DNA of 12,708 bases, taken from positions 1-12,708 of the forward strand of contig NW_021826711.1 of the NCBI RefSeq assembly GCF_006345805.1, written 5' to 3'. Shown piece by piece: positions 7,669-12,708 of this stretch (the first letter of the stretch is position 1; the number at the start of each line of letters is the position of its first letter). The position numbers and the translations under genes were made by a program. This stretch comes from Octopus sinensis (Eukaryota). The notes beneath the pieces were generated by a model. It saw only the letters and a list, made by a program, of their open reading frames with translations. It did not search any database and was not told the origin of the DNA.

Positions 7669-8678
7669 TTCTTTGTGTCTGAAGCAAAATGATACTGATT
7701 CGTGACACGTAAGTTTTCTATAAAACTCGGTTGAATAGTTGGCATTATACCGCTGCCCATAATGTATCGACTGTTGTCGACCATATACAATAAAATTTAT
7801 ATGTTAAGCATTACCATATGAAATGCCAGTTGATATTCTGCCCATTGGTCGTGGAGGTACTCTATTAACCTATTTTCTACAATACTCTCGTTGAGCAAAA
7901 CCTCACCAAAGAAGGTCATCACATTACTGTGTTAGAGCAGGAAATAAATTACCATATAACTCACCGTCTAGCAGGAATCGTCCATATAATAATTTTGCAG
8001 CTAACACATAAAACCTGTAGCTTTCAGTAAAATGATGTAATGTGCCCATAACCAGCGGTCCGCATCTATTCAGGAGGTGCAAGTGTGGCAGGGTATCGAG
8101 CCATTTTATGTAAATGCTGTAGCTTCATGATATCAAACAGTATTTGATAGGAAGTGTTCATCGTAACGCTTTAGTTTTTGGCGTTGATCAACTGCATTGA
8201 CAACGTGAATAATTTTGGGGACACATCATTTCAAATCACTGTTCCACAAATTACATCAAATAGTAGGATTTCAAATTCCTGTGTTACATCTCTTTGGCAG
8301 TAGCAATGTTCTTGAATTCAGTCATTACATTTCAAGTACAATTTCATGTTTTCTGGTGTTCATCTACATTGAAGATCACGCTGATTCTATTTTGTCGACA
8401 ATCTGAAAAGTTCCGTCTGCTTTATCATGCCTTTAATTTAAGTATCTTTAAATAGTTAGTTGTATCTGCTTGAAATTCCCTCCTAATCTGTTTGTGCACT
8501 TCGACTAAATTTTCAGATATGCATTAGTGTTTTTGTGAAAACCTTAACCTGGCGTCATTTATTATTGTTAATGCCTTAAGAATGAAATACAAGTTACAGG
8601 AGTTTCCAGCTGCTAAATTCTCTAAACGTTTTGGGGATAATCTGTATCGCACTCAACCCTCTTCCTCTCTCTACTTCT

Positions 8679-8738
8679 CTGTCTGTCTGTTTATCTATCT
8701 ATCTATCCATCCATCCATTCATCTATCTATCTATCTAC

Positions 8739-8818
<80 letters not shown>

Positions 8819-8829
8819 ATATCTATCTA

Positions 8830-8915
<86 letters not shown>

Positions 8916-8994
8916 CATCTATCTATCTATCTATCAGTCTGTCTGTCTCTCTATCTATCTATCCATCCATCTTTCTATCTATTTCTCTATCTAT
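8679..8994. repeat. Compound tetranucleotide (CTAT)n/(CTGT)n/(CCAT)n
   Basis: Direct reading; this explains the 150-aa and 121-aa YLSI-repeat ORFs. Confidence 0.96.
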
Positions 8995-9066
8995 AATTAT
9001 CATTTCATTAATCTCACTATATTTAGGAGAGTAATGTAGTTCGCTTGAAGCATTGTGTATTGTTTC

Positions 9067-9113
9067 GTGTGTGTATGTGTGTGTGTGTGTGTGTGTGTGT
9101 TTGTGTGTGTGTG
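9067..9113. repeat. (GT)n microsatellite
   Basis: Direct reading. Confidence 0.95.
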
Positions 9114-10165
9114 CGTATTAGTGTGGCTGTGTAATTAATTTATTGTAATGATATAAAATCACCCACAAATAATTAAAAATACACATATTTAGAGAGATAT
9201 ACAATTATTTATGTTGTATGTGCTGAGTATCTAACAGGAGTGTCTATTTCGAATCTATATTCCCACCTGACATGTGCAAACATGTACATCTGTGATGTGT
9301 GCGCGTATAAGCTGCGTAAACTTGAATGTATGCAGAAGATTACAGGTTCCTATCCGTTTTTGTGTGCACACTCGCTTACACACACAAATAGGCGCATTAA
9401 TCTATTATGCCGTTTTATAATTTTGCTCATCCCAACATTAAATTTTATTTTGTCGATTATTCATGCGATTGAACTAAGAGGCAGCAGGCAAAAAGAATTT
9501 TAGTAAATCCATAGAAATATTGAGATTAGATCTGTCGACGAAACACAATTTGAATTTGCTGAGCGCATTCATATGTTTAGTTGATAAATGGGTTAAGGAT
9601 ACTAATGTAAGACACAGGAAAAAGATAATGTGTTTTTGCATGTGAATAGATGAATATATCATGTATTTTGAATAGATTAATATATGACCCAAGTTCTAAC
9701 GATTATTTGAGAAACAATCAATCCTGGAACATTTCTCATATTTCAAATTCTAAATGAACATTTTTTTGCTTGTATATTATCAAGCTTTTTTCAAACTTCA
9801 ATTATTTAAATAATTGGGAATGGGAAATACGGAAATACTATGCAACGAGCTTCAACCTCTGATAAAACGCACATGTATTATTCGGCGCTTGTGATTAGAG
9901 AATTCATCAGATGGAAGATCGAATATTTTGCACTGCAAAACATATACGCGTACATACAGATATGTGTAGGAACGTGTGTATATATATATGCAGGCAACGT
10001 AATAAAATAGAAACATACCAATACTAGAAATGAAATTAAAAGCTGGACAAATAATTTACTGAGACTAATCACTCTACAAAAACATTAGACTCAACATGAA
10101 TACAACATACGCACGCCACAGACGAAACCTACGTACTTTGCATATTTCCTAAATGCGAATGCTTG

Positions 10166-10166
10166 T

Positions 10167-10212
<46 letters not shown>

Positions 10213-10230
10213 ATATCTATATATATATTA

Positions 10231-10274
<44 letters not shown>

Positions 10275-10331
10275 TATGTATGTATGTGTGTGGGTATGTG
10301 TATATACATACACATACATATTATATATATA
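10166..10331. repeat. Compound (TA)n-(GT)n-(CATA) microsatellite
   Basis: Direct reading. Confidence 0.94.
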
Positions 10332-10475
10332 TTTCACTTTCCTTCCCGTTAAATGTAATGTTATTTCTACTTGGAAACATCTTTTCTGTGGCTATACTAA
10401 CGGAGCTATTTTTAGCACTAGACCAATCCACATAGTGGTAACTCTCTAATAATTTATGTATATATATATATAAAT

Positions 10476-10722
10476 GCGCCCTTTTTAAAGCCTAGCCAGG
10501 TTCATGCGCCCGGTTTCCCGGTTCAAATGCGTATGTGTTCCCCAGCTGGACGGGACGCCAGTCCATCGCAGCGTTACTCGTTTTTGCCATCTGATTAGAC
10601 TAGAACAACGTGAAATGAAGTGTTTTGTTCAAGAATGCAAGACGTCGCCCGGTCCAGGACTCGAAACCACAATCTTACGATCATGATGCTGACACCCTAA
10701 CCACTAAGCCACGCGCCCCCAC
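10476..10722 (-). mobile_element. Apparently full-length tRNA-derived SINE with a CORE-like central segment, flanked by (TA)n
   Basis: The reverse complement has A box TGGCTTAGTGG (plus strand 10701-10711) and B box GTTTCGAGTCC (10657-10667), 33 nt apart. A CORE-like ttcttgaacaaaacacttcatttc segment and gcgatggactggcgtcccgtccag follow. TA tracts lie at ~10460-10472 and 10723-10740. Confidence 0.85.
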
Positions 10723-10753
10723 TATATATATATATACATAGAGAGAGAGAGAG

Positions 10754-10797
<44 letters not shown>

Positions 10798-10860
10798 CTG
10801 ACTGAGAGATAGATAGTTAGATACATGCATACATACATACATAGACAGATAAAGAGATAG
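10723..10860. repeat. Compound (TA)n-(GA)n-(GT)n-(GATA/CATA)n microsatellite
   Basis: Direct reading. Confidence 0.93.
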
Positions 10861-11984
10861 GTACGATTTAGTAGACCGATGATAGAATTTGGCACTTAAT
10901 CCATTTTGTTAGGTGCTAGCAGTATTCGTAATAACTGCTTGACTCCGCTTCATGTATCATCATGATTCGTGTGTTAGATTAACGGACGTGTCCCGTCAGA
11001 TATCTATTTAAATATCTATTGAAATGTATCGGTCATGCCACTAAAGTAGCTGAACCAATCACTGGATATCTCACATGGTCTGTGACATTCGGGCGATTCC
11101 TTTGACACTCGGTGTCATTTGGAGAACCTCCACAGAAAGTTATACCGCAGGAAATGTAATGCCTAAATCAAACCCTGCTTTGAATTAATTATTCAATCTA
11201 CTAAACCGTATTGAGAATATTATTAATTATGAGACGTTATTAAAGCAGGGATTTTGTAGGTTGCATTAACTCGTGCTCTGTCTTCGTTCGACTACCTCTC
11301 AACTTCTGTTCTTTCAACATGTGATCTCTTGAGCACCACCAGCTCAAATATTTTTTCATCTGCATCCAGGCTCCCATTAAGGAAACAATTCCGCACCAAA
11401 TTACATATATTTTTCCCCTGATATGCGTTCATGCCGAATTTTGCTTTGCGTTCTGTGTACGTATCTCTCAGTTCGAGCGATTGTGTATGTGTGTATGCCT
11501 ATCTGTCTGTCTGTTTCACGCTGACTTTCAATTCTTTTCCTTCGTATCCCTCAGTAAATATATACATGCGTATATACATCTGCAAGACATTGCGAATATG
11601 TGCGTGGATATGGAATGTGAATAGAAAAAAAATTGAAAAAACTGGTAAATATAAGAAGATGACTAAAATGAACGTCTGTGATACTTTACGCATTCGTTAT
11701 ATACCGCAGACGTGTTTGTTTTATGGCTACCATAAAGCTGCAATATCTCTACGTTAAACTCATGTTAGTACGTGAATGTAATTCGTTGTTTGGTAAACTG
11801 AGTTCGTTGTACGAGTCCACGAAATCTTTACGATGTATGGAAGTGTGTCTGACTCTAAAATGTAAGTTTGTGCTTGTTTATGTGCGATGAGCACATATAT
11901 ATTGATAATTCTATGGTTACATGCACATAAAACATATATACAGACATACAAACACACATACTAGCTACACACTTATAAATATAT

Positions 11985-12024
11985 CTGTATACGTACATAT
12001 ATCTATACATATATATATATATAG

Positions 12025-12056
<32 letters not shown>

Positions 12057-12176
12057 GATATATATATATATATATATATATGATAATAAAATATTAAAAT
12101 TACTAAGTCTCTCTAAAAGAGAAAAACGGCAGCGTTCCCGGAAATATTAGTTATCGCCATACTAATATATATATAA

Positions 12177-12209
<33 letters not shown>

Positions 12210-12281
12210 ATTATAAATTGGTGTAAAAGAAAAAAATACTTTCTTGCGTGCGTATATATAAATACATATTTGTATATGCAC

Positions 12282-12360
<79 letters not shown>
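11985..12360. repeat. Long (TA)n-rich region with short unique islands
   Basis: TA tracts at ~11997-12081, ~12166-12210 and ~12254-12360. Confidence 0.92.
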
Positions 12361-12364
<4 letters not shown>

Positions 12365-12442
12365 GAGACATTTTTATTGATTAATTTAAGGCTACTTATT
12401 CTTTAGAAAAGTTAATTTTTCCTAATTTTCAAATTTAAAAAG

Positions 12443-12645
12443 TTTTTTATTTAATTTTATCTAGTTTCAGCTCACGAGCTGTGGTCATGCTGGGGCACCG
12501 CCATCCGGTGTTGCTACATGATTTTACTTCACAAATGCTGTTTAGCAATTGCCATTTGGTGCATGAGAGATTTCGATGCAGCTGCTCTCATCTGCACCTC
12601 CTGCCGTGAAGTTGGTTCATCTGGGACACCTGACAGAAAGAGATC
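12443..12645 (-). mobile_element. Probable retroposon 3' end with an A-rich tail
   Basis: The reverse complement ends ...ggcggtgccccagcatgaccacagctcgtgagctgaaactagataaaattaaataaaaaa. I recall this terminus from octopus retroposons; the left boundary is the A-rich tail and the right boundary is uncertain. Confidence 0.5.
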
Positions 12646-12708
12646 CAGTTTTATTTTATATATATACATATTTATATATCTTTATGAAATATATTGAGAT
12701 TTAGTGTG

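Noticed and set aside
8582-9034. 150-aa and 121-aa ORFs
   Set aside because: They are produced by CTAT/CTGT tetranucleotide repeats.
9799-9816. Perfect 18-bp palindrome CAATTATTTAAATAATTG
   Set aside because: It is almost all A/T, so one such palindrome is plausible by chance in an AT-rich 12.7 kb, and there is no supporting context.
10504-10686. 60-aa ORF MRPVSRFKC...
   Set aside because: It lies wholly within the antisense strand of the SINE.
10655-10722. tRNA gene
   Set aside because: It has A and B boxes but continues into a SINE body, and I could not fold a complete cloverleaf with an acceptor stem; it is a tRNA-derived SINE head.
11103-11117. Hairpin TGACAC-TCG-GTGTCA as a possible Helitron 3' end
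   Set aside because: The stem is only 6 bp and there is no CTRR terminus at the expected distance.
11290-11418. Possible minus-strand exon (GKNICNLVRNCFLNGSLDADEKIFELVVLKRSHVERTEVER)
   Set aside because: There is no polypyrimidine tract before the AG, the donor (GTAGTC) is weak, and I do not recognise the peptide.
12135-12143. STAT-type site TTCCCGGAA
   Set aside because: It is a single isolated 9-mer between TA tracts with no corroborating evidence.

Overview
This is AT-rich, microsatellite-dense eukaryotic non-coding DNA. It is probably from a cephalopod such as Octopus, inferred only from my recollection of the SINE and tail sequences. I find no intact host gene; nearly all listed ORFs are simple-repeat artefacts. 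The window holds many non-LTR retrotransposon remnants: an RTE-clade 3' fragment, several SINE-type elements, and 3' ends of at least four divergent R4/Dong-type (restriction-like endonuclease) elements, each abutting an (AAT)n-type repeat. The most striking structure is at 4035-5815. Five (TTA)n tracts alternate with four ~350-400 bp inserts, all minus-strand R4/Dong 3' ends. The last three inserts are near-identical, have the same 5' junction, and show shared variants that give a duplication order. A possible regulatory cluster (perfect NFI palindrome plus YY1-like and CRE-like motifs) lies at ~6350-6520. All family calls come from manual translation and recalled motifs, not database searches.
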